From NCBI GenBank assembly GCA_045863395.1, contig BTVJ01000109.1, positions 1 through 21,923 of the forward strand: DNA of 21,923 nt, written 5' to 3'. The notes below the pieces were generated by a model. It ran no database searches. It saw only the letters and a program-made list of their open reading frames with translations, and was not told the DNA's origin. Shown here piece by piece: positions 8,994 to 17,708 of the stretch. Position 1 is the stretch's first letter. The number at the start of each line of letters is the position of its first letter. Position numbers and translations under genes: made by a program. This stretch comes from Myxococcales bacterium. GTDB lineage: Bacteria; Myxococcota_A; UBA9042; JABWCM01; BTVJ01.

Positions 8994-10928
8994 TCAGTTT
9001 GTGCTGAAAGGCCACATCAGCCACGCGATCCCGAACCACGTGGACGAGCTGTTCCAGTGGTATACATCGACCATGATCCGATAGGTCTCGTTGCGCGCCG
9101 CGTCAAACTCGACAAATTCGTAGCTGTTGGGGACGGTTCGTGAGGTGGCCACGACAGCACCATCGGACACCCTGTACACCCAGAGATCCAGGTCGGCGTC
9201 AAGGGCAGGTGACGTGCAGTCGACCGGCGGGTTCCCCGTGCAGGTCGTGGTGGCGTCCCACGAGAGGACGACGCGGAGTCGCATGCCCGTGCTCGTAGTA
9301 CGGGCGCTCCAGACCTCGTTATAGAAACTCCCCGCAGGGTCGTTGTACTGGTCCATCGATCCGTAGTCGTATCCCTGCGTGCTCGGTGTGTTGCCTCCGT
9401 CCTGGCGGTACGTCGGGTGCGCCATCGTGACCGAGCGGTGGACGCTGATGAGTCCGGCGCCGTCGCGGTCATCGACGCCGTCGCTGAGGTCCAGCGGCCC
9501 CCCGTCCACGGTTTCGGTTGCACCCGCCATGATGAGGCTTCGCACCGCTTCGGGCCAGACTCTGAGGTCGGTGTTGCGCTCGTGAATCTGTGCGGCCGCC
9601 GCCGCGACCTGCGGGGCAGCGAAGCTCGTACCCCAGTAGCCTGTCAGGCCGTCGGCGTCGATCCCCTGACCTGGCGCGACAACATGGGGCAGCTCGCGAG
9701 CGTCGGGCGGGTTGAGATCGCTCGCCCGGCACATGATGACGTCATTTGTTCGGTTGCTGTCACCGCAGTCGTTGGCACCTCCGACCACAAGGGTGTTGAA
9801 CGTAGGGCACCAGATCTCGGCACGGCTTCCGCCGCATGCCGTCCCGCAGTTCACCAACGGCGTCGAGTCGTGGTTCCCGGAGAGTACACTAATGAGGGGA
9901 TAGGCGGACGACGACTTGGCGTAGTAGTCGAACAGCCGCTCGTCTGCCGTGCTGCAATTGTGACTGAAGTTCCAGATGTGCGCGCTCTGGGTGTTGTGAC
10001 ACCAGGAGAACGCCCACCGCGCGTCCGAGTCACACCCGGACCAGGTCGACATGTAGACGCTCGCGCCGGTGGCGACGCCGTACGGTGCCAGGTTGTCCCG
10101 AATCACACCAGCGACCACGCGGGCGTGGTTATCCTTGTTTCCTCCGCCGCAGTACGTGCCCGCGATCACGAGGTCGTTCGGCGTGTTGGGCTGACGCTGC
10201 TCGACCACACAGATCTTCTCGGCCGCCCCCGTGTATCCTGTGCCTGACGCCTGGACGGTGTCCACGTAGCTCGTCGAACCAGGAGTGTTTGGCTCCTGCC
10301 AGTAGATCTGTGCGATGGCGGGAGCATCGGAGAGCGCGAGGAGCTCGTCGCGGGTCAGGTCGGCGTACACGGCCGGAGTGCCCGGCTCATGCTGGAACGA
10401 CGCCGTCGTCACCTGGGACCACGAGCCGGCGAGCCCCTTCACGGCCGCCTGCTGCTCATCTTCGATGGCCTTCGCATGGGTCAGCGCCGGGTCCGGGTCG
10501 ACCAGCAGCGCCTCCTTGGGCGGCGACGGCTCATGGGTCCGCAACCAGATGACCACCGGGATGGGCGTCACCTCGTCTGTCTCCTGCGCCAGGTCGTAGA
10601 GCTGCGGATCGAGAGATCCGTGCAGCGACCAGCGCAGCGCGGCTTCCTGCTGGGAGAACGCGGCGCCGCAGTCGTCCATGACGGCGCCGTCGTCGCCGAA
10701 GCACACCGAGACAGGCTTCTGCGTTGCCCCATCGACCGCTTTCACCAGCCAGACGGTCTCCGCCAGGAACTCGAAGGACCGGGGCGTAACGTGGATGTGT
10801 TCGACCGAGGCCGGAGCGAAGTGCTGCACCGCCTACTCCGTAGCGGTCCCCGCCTGGCTAGCGCGCGCCTCACCCGACGCGCCCGGCCCAACGCAGAGCA
10901 TCAGAGAAGAGAAGAGACGGTCTGCCAT
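8994..10928 (-). CDS. S8 (subtilisin-like) serine peptidase with C-terminal PPC-like domain; in-frame TAG at codon 32
   Basis: KICVVE, DNHARVVAGVI, SGN, GTSFAAPQVAAAAA; C-terminal LRVVLSWD...DLDLWVY...NSYEFVEF. ATG 10928 with GGAGGT RBS is in frame with ORF 8994..10829 but interrupted by TAG at 10833-10835. The alternative start is GTG 10829. Confidence 0.85.
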
Positions 10929-11440
10929 GTTCCACCTCCGGCGCTGCCGTCCGCCTGCCACTCTGACACACCTGCCACGGCGAGTCCTGCCCTTTCTCGC
11001 AAGAAGTTCACTGCGCCCCGACTGTGTGTAACCGAAGACCCTGACGAGAGGCCGGGATATCCCGTTGTGATGCCCGCCAGTCAATGAGCATCGAACCCCG
11101 ACCACACCGCTTCCTTCCTCGCGCTGACGAAGACTGGCCTCGCCTGGGCCACTCCCGCGAGCCTTGAGACCGTCAGACCGCCTCCCAATCGACGTGAAGC
11201 TCGCCGTCTGGACTCGGCGGGGACATGACGGCACCCGCAGCGCAAGGGACCAGTGCGACGAGAGGCGCATCGAAGGTTCGGGAACGTGGCGTACCACGGT
11301 CCACCGAGGGCGGCGACACGACGAACTGGCGAGACCGTGGACAGACACAGACCGATTCACGAGGCGCGCTGCGTCTGCCCGCAGGCTCCTCGCGGAGCCC
11401 CCCCTTGACCGCCCAGGCCCACCTGTGGCGCAATCGCGAG

Positions 11441-14400
11441 ATGGGACCACGTTTCGTCGGACGCCAGCACACCATCGAGGAGCTCCTGGGGTGCCTGGAC
11501 GGGGCAACCCGGGGGCGCGGCTCGCTCGTGCTCCTGCATGGCGAGCCGGGCATCGGCAAGACGCGCCTGGCCATCGAGGTCGCCGGGCGGGCGGAGGCGC
11601 TCGGGGCGCGTGTCGCGTGGGGGCGGTGCTGGCCCGGAGAGGGGGCACCCGGGTTCTGGCCGTGGGTCCAGGTCCTGCGGGCACTTGCTTTGGACAGCGA
11701 GGCGGCGCGCCTGCTCCCGCCTGGCGGGGCACGGCCCCCCGGAGACGGCGGCGACACCCGCTTCATGCTCTTCGACGGCATCGGCGCGGCGCTGCGAGCC
11801 GCCAGCGTGGAGTGCCCGAGCCTCCTCGTGCTCGACGACCTGCAGTGGGCCGACGTCCCCTCCCTGCTGCTCCTGGCCTTCGTCGCCCGCTCCCTCACCG
11901 GTGCCCGCCTCCTCGTGGTCGGCACCTTCCGCGACGTGGACGCGGGCGCCGCTCCCGAGGTGCTGCGGCTCCTCACCGGGATCGCTCGGGAGGGACGGGC
12001 GATCCCACTGCTCGGGTTGTCGCGAGCCGACCTGGGGGAGCTGGCGACGAGCGCCGACGAGACGCTCCTCGCGCGGCTCCACGACGCAACCGGTGGCAAC
12101 CCCTTCTTCGCGGAGGGCGTGCTCCGGCTCCTCGCGGACGAGCCGCCACACGGCGCCGCGCTCCCGGTGCCCGTGGGGGTCCGTGCGGCCATCCGCCAGC
12201 GGACGGAGCGTGTGCCCGCCCCAACGCGCTCCCTGCTCGGCGCCGCGTCGGTGCTCGGCCGCGCCTTTGACGCCGACCTGCTCGCGGACGTTGCCGAGCT
12301 GGCCGACGTGGAGCCCTTCCTCACGGCAGCCACCTCCGCGGGGCTCCTCCACGCCCTGCCCGACCGCCGGTTCGCCTTCGCGCACGACCTCGTGCGCGAG
12401 ACCGTGTACGCGGATCTTCCGGTGCAGCAGCGCCGTCACCTCCACGCCCGCGCCTCGGACGCGCTGGAGAGGCGCACGCAGAGCGCGTCCCTCTCCGAGG
12501 TGGCCCACCACGCCCTCGCCGCCCTTCCGCTCGGAGACCCCCGCCGCGCCGCCGACCTCGCTGCACGAGCGGGGCGCCTCGCCGCCTCCCAGTGTGCCTT
12601 CGAACCCGCAGTCACCCTGCTGGAGCGGGCCTTGGACGTCGGTTCACGCCTGCCGGACATGGACCCCGCGGAGCTCGTCGATCTCCTCCTCGACGTGGCG
12701 GGCGCGCAGACGGACGCCGGCCAGGTGCGCGCCGCCCAGCAGACCTGCCGGCGGGCGGCGGAGCGGGCGGGGGACCTGGGCGACGCGGACCGCCTGGCCC
12801 GCGCTGCCCTCGGCTACGGCGCCGAGGTCGCCTTCGGCGTGGTCGACCCGTACCACGTCGCGCTCCTGGAGCAAGCCATCGCCGCCCTGGACACGGCCGC
12901 GGTGACCGGGCGCGCGCCCCTCCGCGCCTTGCTCCTGGCCCGCCTGGGGGCCGCCATGCAGCCGAGCGCGACCCCCGAGCGCCCCATTGTCCTGGCGCGC
13001 GAGGCCGTTGCCGCCGCCCGGACGCTGGGCAACCCCGCCACGCTCGCCCGGGTGCTGGCCACGGGCCGCGCCGCCTGGCGCTCCCTGGACGACCTGGGCG
13101 AGCGCCTGGCCATGGACACGGAGACGGCGCGCCTCGCCGCAGAGCTCGGAGACCATCGCCTGGCGGCACAGGCCCACCGTCGCCTCGTGCTCGACGGGCT
13201 CGAGGGAGGCGATATGGCCCTCGTGGACGAGCACACGGAGGCCTTCGAGCGCGCGAGCGAGGCGGCGCCGCGGGCCGAGAGCGCGGCGCTGAGAATCCAG
13301 CTCCGGGCCGCACGTGCTGCGCTCACGGGGCGGTTTTCAGACGCGAGTGAGCTCAACGACGCGGCGGAGACCGCCTTCCGCCGGGTTCGGGAGACCCTGG
13401 GCGTCGCCACCCTGCTCGCCCCCTTCAGGATGCAGCGGCTCCTGCTCGAGCGCGCCTGGGGCCGCCGCGCACGGCTCGCGGAGCTGCTCGCAGAGCCCTG
13501 GGGCGCGCTCGACCCGCTCATCCGGGGCGACGTGCTCGCGCAGCTCGGCCAGGACGGGGCGCGGGAGCACTACGAACGTGCCGCCGGGCTGGCCCTCCCC
13601 GGCAATCTGCACCTGCTGGCCCGCCTGCTCCTCGCCGAGACCTGCGTCCGCCTGCGGGACGTGGGGAGGGCCGCCCGCCTCCGGGAGCTGCTGCTCCCGC
13701 TGGCGGGTCGCAACGTGGTCTGGGCGTCGCTGCTGGCGGCGTGCGACGGCGCTGCATCGCGCCTCATCGGCGAGCTGTCGACCCTGCTCGGAGACTGGGC
13801 GCTCGCGGCCCAGCACCTGGACGACGCCGAGCGCATGAACCAGCGCATCGGGGCCCCTCCCTGGGTGGCGCGGACCCGGCTCGCGAAGGCCCGGATGCTC
13901 GAGGCCCGCGGCTGGATCGAGGACCGTGCGGAGGCGGCGCGCCTGCGAGACCAGGCTGCGGACTGCTTCGCCGCCCTGGGGATGGAGACCTTCCTGGACG
14001 AGGCGGGCGCACCACGACCGCGCGGCCCACGCCCACAGACGCCTGGCCTCCGTCGCAGCGGGAGCCACTGGATGCTGACGCACGGCGAGACGACCCACAC
14101 GCTGGACGACAGCGACGGGCTGCGCTACCTGGACCACCTGCTGAGTCACCCGGGCGTCGACGTCCACGCCGCGGAGCTCCAGGCGCTGGGGCGGGGCGCC
14201 TCGGGCCGCGGAGTCAGCGCCCCGGGCCCCATCCTCGACGCGCAGGCGAAGGCGGCCTATGGCAGACGCCTCACGGACCTGCGGGACACGCTGGAGGAGG
14301 CGACCCGGTTCGGGGACCAGGGCCGCGCCGCGCGGGCCGAAGAGGAGATCGAGGCTCTCGCCGCCGAGCTGTCCAGGGCGGTGGGCCTGGGCGGGCGCGA

Positions 14401-14575
14401 CCGGGCGACCGGCTCCAGCGCCGAGCGCGCCCGGGTGAACGTCACCCTCCGAATCCGCCACGCCCTGAAGACCATCCGCGCCGTCTCGCCCGCCGCCACT
14501 CACGACCTCGAGGCGTGCATCCGCACCGGCACGTTCTGCTGCTATACGCCGGCGCCCGGTCGCGCAACATCGTAA
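11441..14575 (+). CDS. STAND-type (MalT/AAA_16-like) ATPase with TPR-like region and C-terminal putative DNA-binding domain; probable transcriptional regulator
   Basis: MGPRFVGR, Walker A GEPGIGKT, Walker B LLVLDDLQWAD, TGGNPFF, FAHDLVRE, helical repeats. C-terminal GLRYLDHLLSHPG...LDAQAKAAY...AERARVNVT...RTGTFCCY. Start placed at ATG 11441 within ORF 11225..14575. Confidence 0.88.
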   Translation: MGPRFVGRQHTIEELLGCLDGATRGRGSLVLLHGEPGIGKTRLAIEVAGRAEALGARVAWGRCWPGEGAPGFWPWVQVLRALALDSEAARLLPPGGARPPGDGGDTRFMLFDGIGAALRAASVECPSLLVLDDLQWADVPSLLLLAFVARSLTGARLLVVGTFRDVDAGAAPEVLRLLTGIAREGRAIPLLGLSRADLGELATSADETLLARLHDATGGNPFFAEGVLRLLADEPPHGAALPVPVGVRAAIRQRTERVPAPTRSLLGAASVLGRAFDADLLADVAELADVEPFLTAATSAGLLHALPDRRFAFAHDLVRETVYADLPVQQRRHLHARASDALERRTQSASLSEVAHHALAALPLGDPRRAADLAARAGRLAASQCAFEPAVTLLERALDVGSRLPDMDPAELVDLLLDVAGAQTDAGQVRAAQQTCRRAAERAGDLGDADRLARAALGYGAEVAFGVVDPYHVALLEQAIAALDTAAVTGRAPLRALLLARLGAAMQPSATPERPIVLAREAVAAARTLGNPATLARVLATGRAAWRSLDDLGERLAMDTETARLAAELGDHRLAAQAHRRLVLDGLEGGDMALVDEHTEAFERASEAAPRAESAALRIQLRAARAALTGRFSDASELNDAAETAFRRVRETLGVATLLAPFRMQRLLLERAWGRRARLAELLAEPWGALDPLIRGDVLAQLGQDGAREHYERAAGLALPGNLHLLARLLLAETCVRLRDVGRAARLRELLLPLAGRNVVWASLLAACDGAASRLIGELSTLLGDWALAAQHLDDAERMNQRIGAPPWVARTRLAKARMLEARGWIEDRAEAARLRDQAADCFAALGMETFLDEAGAPRPRGPRPQTPGLRRSGSHWMLTHGETTHTLDDSDGLRYLDHLLSHPGVDVHAAELQALGRGASGRGVSAPGPILDAQAKAAYGRRLTDLRDTLEEATRFGDQGRAARAEEEIEALAAELSRAVGLGGRDRATGSSAERARVNVTLRIRHALKTIRAVSPAATHDLEACIRTGTFCCYTPAPGRATS

Positions 14576-14589
14576 CGCGGGGAGTTACG
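14571..14589. promoter_or_regulatory. Inverted repeat CGTAAC-N7-GTTACG, candidate operator
   Basis: Perfect 6 bp arms overlapping the ATPase stop codon, ending 10 nt before the GST ATG. Confidence 0.4.
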
Positions 14590-14599
14590 CAGAAGAGGC

Positions 14600-15163
14600 A
14601 TGAGCCTCACCCTCGAGACCACCCGCTCCTGCCGCCGCGCGCCCCTCGTCCTGTTCCTGCTGGAGGAGCTCGCCACCCCCTACGACCTGGTGTGGCGCGA
14701 AGACGGCCACTTCCTGGCGCACCACGGGACGCTGGGGCCGCTCCTGCGCGACGGGGACTCCGCCGTACTGGAGCTGGACACGCTGCTGCGGCACCTGGCG
14801 CGCACGCGGAGCCCCGGGGACCTGATGCCCCTCGACCCCGCCGGGCTGGCGGAGGTCGACCGCTGGATGGAGGTGCAGGCCACGCTGCGGGTCGCCGCCA
14901 TCCGCGTGGCGCGAGGCGACGGCGACGGCCGCGCGACCGTCCTGCGGTGCCTCGGCGCCCTCGAGGCCGCGCTCGGCGGCCGCGACACCCTGCTCGGGCG
15001 CTTCACCGTCGCCGACGCCCCGGCCGCCGCGCTGTGGCAGCTCCGGCAGGCGTGCGACCTCACGGCGACGCCGCGGGTGGCGGCCTGGGCGGAGCGGGTG
15101 GTGGCCCGGCCGGCGTGGAGACGGGCCTTGGATCGGCTCGCATCGGGAGGAGGCAGCCCATGA
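14600..15163 (+). CDS. Glutathione S-transferase family protein (divergent)
   Basis: LFLLEELATPY, P.LRDGD..VLELDTLLRHL, EVDRWM, LEAALGGRDTLLGRFTVADA, PRVAAWAERVVARPAW. Confidence 0.8.
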   Translation: MSLTLETTRSCRRAPLVLFLLEELATPYDLVWREDGHFLAHHGTLGPLLRDGDSAVLELDTLLRHLARTRSPGDLMPLDPAGLAEVDRWMEVQATLRVAAIRVARGDGDGRATVLRCLGALEAALGGRDTLLGRFTVADAPAAALWQLRQACDLTATPRVAAWAERVVARPAWRRALDRLASGGGSP

Positions 15164-16686
15164 CGGACACCCCGTTGACACGCGCGCTCGCCGAGTGGAG
15201 CGTGCTGCTGGCCGCAGAGCGGGTGACCTGGGTGCCCGAAGCGCTCGCTCACGCAGGCCGCACGACGCTCCCGGCCGCCCCGCTGCCCGCCGCCATCCTG
15301 CGCCCGGCGGCGAGAGCCCAGGTGCCGGACATCGTGCGCATCGCCGCGCGCCACCGGGTCCCACTCCACCCGATCAGCTCCGGCCGCAACTGGGGCTGGG
15401 GAGACTCCTGCCCGGCCACGGACGGGCAGGTCCTGCTCGATCTCGGGAGCCTCGATCACATCACGGTGGACGAGGAGCTGGGCTGCGCCGTCGTCGAGCC
15501 CGGCGTGACCCAGGGGGCCCTTGCGCGCCACCTGGTTGCCAGCGGCTCCGCGTGGAGGCTCGACTGCGCGGGAGCCGGCCCCCTGGTGAGCCTCGTCGGC
15601 AACGCCCTGGAGCGCGGTCTGACCTTCGGCGCCTGGGGCGAGCGCTTCGAGGCCGTCTGCGGCCTGGAGGCGGTCCTCGCCGACGGCGCCAGGGTCCGCA
15701 CCGGCTTCGGGGCCTATGGCGCGTCGCGGACGGCCCTCGCCAGCCGGGCAGGTGTGGGCCCCGCGTTGCATGGGCTGTTCAGCCAGTCCTCCTTTGGCGT
15801 GGTGACGGAGCTGAGCCTGTGGCTGTCACCGCGACCGGAGCACGAGGAGGTGTTCTGGCTCTCCTGCGGCGACGAGGCCCTGCCCGAGCTCGTCGACCGG
15901 CTGCGCCCGCTGCGGATCCGCGGCGTCCTGCCGACCAACGTGCACCTCTTCCAGTTGCCCGCGACCTCGGAGTCGCCCGCCCTGTGGTGCAGCAACGGCG
16001 CCATCTTCGGGGGCCGGGAGGCCGTCACGGCGCACGTCCGGGAGCTGGAGGCCGCCGTCACCGGGGTCGCTCGATGCGCCCTATCGAGCCGCACGCCGCC
16101 GGGCCCCGGGCTGCGCGATCACCTGGCCATCCCGGACGTCCCCGCCCTGGACGCGCTGATGGCCGGGACGGAGGCGCTGGTCCGCGGGGAGCCCTTCGAG
16201 CTGCCCCCCGGGGCGCTGCTCGCCCTGCTGGGCGGGCCAGAGATTCAGCGCCCGCAGAGACCCCCGAGCTGCGACCCGCGGGACTCGGGCTATGGGTTGG
16301 TCTTCAGTTGGCAGGCATGCCCGGCCGTCGGCGCCGAGATTCGCCGCCTGGTCGACCTGACCCGGAGCTGCCTCCTGGCCCACGGCTGCCCCCCGCTGTT
16401 CACGGCGCAATACGCGAGCGGCCGGGCGATCACGCTCGTCACCCGCATCGTCTTCGACCGCGAGGAGCCCGCCCGCCGCGCCGCCGCCCTCGCCTGCCAG
16501 CGGGCCCTCCACGACGGCGCCCTCGCGGCGGGCTTCCCGCCGGCCCGCCTCGGCCTCGCGGGGCACGAGGCGCTCGCCACCGCGGGCGCGCCCTTCTGGG
16601 ACCTCGTGGGGCGGCTCCGGGGGGCCCTCGACCCGGATGGCATCCTGGCCCCGGGGCGCCACGACCCCACGCGGGGCCAGCGATGA
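15160..16686 (+). CDS. FAD-binding oxidoreductase, vanillyl-alcohol oxidase / p-cresol methylhydroxylase flavoprotein family
   Basis: ATG 15160 overlaps the GST stop (ATGA) and has a GGAGG RBS. PISSGRNWGWG, VEPGVTQ, GNALERG, CGLEAVLADG, GLFSQSSFGVVT, LDPDGILAPGR. Confidence 0.88.
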   Translation: MTDTPLTRALAEWSVLLAAERVTWVPEALAHAGRTTLPAAPLPAAILRPAARAQVPDIVRIAARHRVPLHPISSGRNWGWGDSCPATDGQVLLDLGSLDHITVDEELGCAVVEPGVTQGALARHLVASGSAWRLDCAGAGPLVSLVGNALERGLTFGAWGERFEAVCGLEAVLADGARVRTGFGAYGASRTALASRAGVGPALHGLFSQSSFGVVTELSLWLSPRPEHEEVFWLSCGDEALPELVDRLRPLRIRGVLPTNVHLFQLPATSESPALWCSNGAIFGGREAVTAHVRELEAAVTGVARCALSSRTPPGPGLRDHLAIPDVPALDALMAGTEALVRGEPFELPPGALLALLGGPEIQRPQRPPSCDPRDSGYGLVFSWQACPAVGAEIRRLVDLTRSCLLAHGCPPLFTAQYASGRAITLVTRIVFDREEPARRAAALACQRALHDGALAAGFPPARLGLAGHEALATAGAPFWDLVGRLRGALDPDGILAPGRHDPTRGQR

Positions 16687-17174
16687 GGCGGCGCCACATC
16701 CTACGTGGGGCCGGCGTCGGCGCCCTGGCCACCGTCGCCATGGACCTGACCGCCGCTCTGGGGCGCGCGCTCGGGCTGCTCCAGGGGGCCTCCCCGGAGT
16801 GGATCGCCCGGTGGTTCGGCCTGGTCCTCCGCGGCGACCCTGTCACCGACGACATCCGCACGGCCCCAGACGTCGGCCTCCCGCTGCCTCTGCTGCTGCT
16901 CGTCCACTACGCCATCGGCGCGACGCTCGGGCTCCTCTACGTCACGGTGGCCCGGGGGCGCGAGGGCCCCGCCAGCGCCCTGCTCTTCGGCCTCGCCACC
17001 AACGCGCTCCCGTGGCTGCTGATGTTCCCAGCCATGGGCTTCGGCCTCTTCGGCCTCGCCGGCCCTGAAGACGCCCTGCTCTTCCGCACGAGCCTCGTCA
17101 ACCACCTGGGCTGGGGCATCGGGCTGGCGCTGGCGGTTCGCATCGGGAGGGGTGGTGCATCACGCCCGCTCTGA
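16683..17174 (+). CDS. DUF2938-like integral membrane protein
   Basis: ATG 16683 overlaps the upstream stop (ATGA). GALATVAMD, IARWF, HYAIG, PWLLMFPAMGFG, SLVNHLGWGIG; several hydrophobic helices. Confidence 0.8.
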   Translation: MRRRHILRGAGVGALATVAMDLTAALGRALGLLQGASPEWIARWFGLVLRGDPVTDDIRTAPDVGLPLPLLLLVHYAIGATLGLLYVTVARGREGPASALLFGLATNALPWLLMFPAMGFGLFGLAGPEDALLFRTSLVNHLGWGIGLALAVRIGRGGASRPL

Positions 17175-17241
17175 CGGGGGTGATCGCGACTTGCTTGGCG
17201 CCGCTGCTCCGGGCATCCTCGCGGCACCAGAGGAGGCGACG

Positions 17242-17643
17242 ATGAGCAGGATGATGGGAGCAGGTGCGGTGGTGGCAGCAGGACTGGCCATCCTGGGGTG
17301 CGAGAGCGAGGGCGGGTCGGGGACGCCCCCGGCGATCAGCGGCCTCACGGCGAGCGCGACGACCATCGAGGTGGGCAAGCAGCAGAACGTGACGCTCGGG
17401 TTCTCCTTCGAGGACCCGGACGGCGACGTGGCGAAGGCACACGTCGACATCCGTATGGACGGGGTCGCGCCGGCCTCGGTGGAGGCGGCGGTCGCGAGTG
17501 CCTCGGGCGTCGCCAAGGGGGCCGGCCAGGTGATCGTGGCGCTGCTCATCCCCAAGGCCGGGCAGGTCACCCTGCGGCTGTCGGTGATCGACGCCGCGGG
17601 GAACGACTCCAATACTCTGGAGACCACCGTGACGGCGCAGTAG
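17242..17643 (+). CDS. Small lipoprotein with beta-rich (Ig-like) domain
   Basis: AGGAGG RBS. MSRMMGAGAVVAAGLAILG|C, PPAISGL, FEDPDGDV, VIDAAGNDSNTL. Confidence 0.8.
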   Translation: MSRMMGAGAVVAAGLAILGCESEGGSGTPPAISGLTASATTIEVGKQQNVTLGFSFEDPDGDVAKAHVDIRMDGVAPASVEAAVASASGVAKGAGQVIVALLIPKAGQVTLRLSVIDAAGNDSNTLETTVTAQ

Positions 17644-17672
17644 TCGCCTGCTCCGGGCGCAGGCAGCTCCCC

Positions 17673-17708
17673 TTGCATCGCAGACAAGTATACGCATCAT
17701 GTGCGCAT
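17673..17708 (+). promoter_or_regulatory. Probable hicAB promoter and operator (imperfect inverted repeat)
   Basis: TTGCAT at 17673-17678. ATACGCAT-CAT-GTGCGCAT (17690-17708, 6 of 8 bp paired) overlaps the -10 region and the hicA ATG. Confidence 0.5.

Noticed and set aside
11040..11075. CTGACGAG resembling a hammerhead ribozyme core
   Set aside because: No correctly placed GAAA or closing stems were found.
13741..15159. N-terminal extension of the 981 aa ORF, suggesting a fusion to the FAD oxidoreductase
   Set aside because: Low-complexity off-frame reading of the ATPase and GST genes; ATG 15160 has an RBS and an ATGA overlap.
15195..16682. N-terminal extension of the 659 aa ORF
   Set aside because: Off-frame reading of the oxidoreductase; the membrane protein starts at 16683.
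17646..17664. GCCTGC...GCAGGC hairpin after the Ig-like lipoprotein gene
   Set aside because: Short stem with no U-tract; likely by chance at this GC content.
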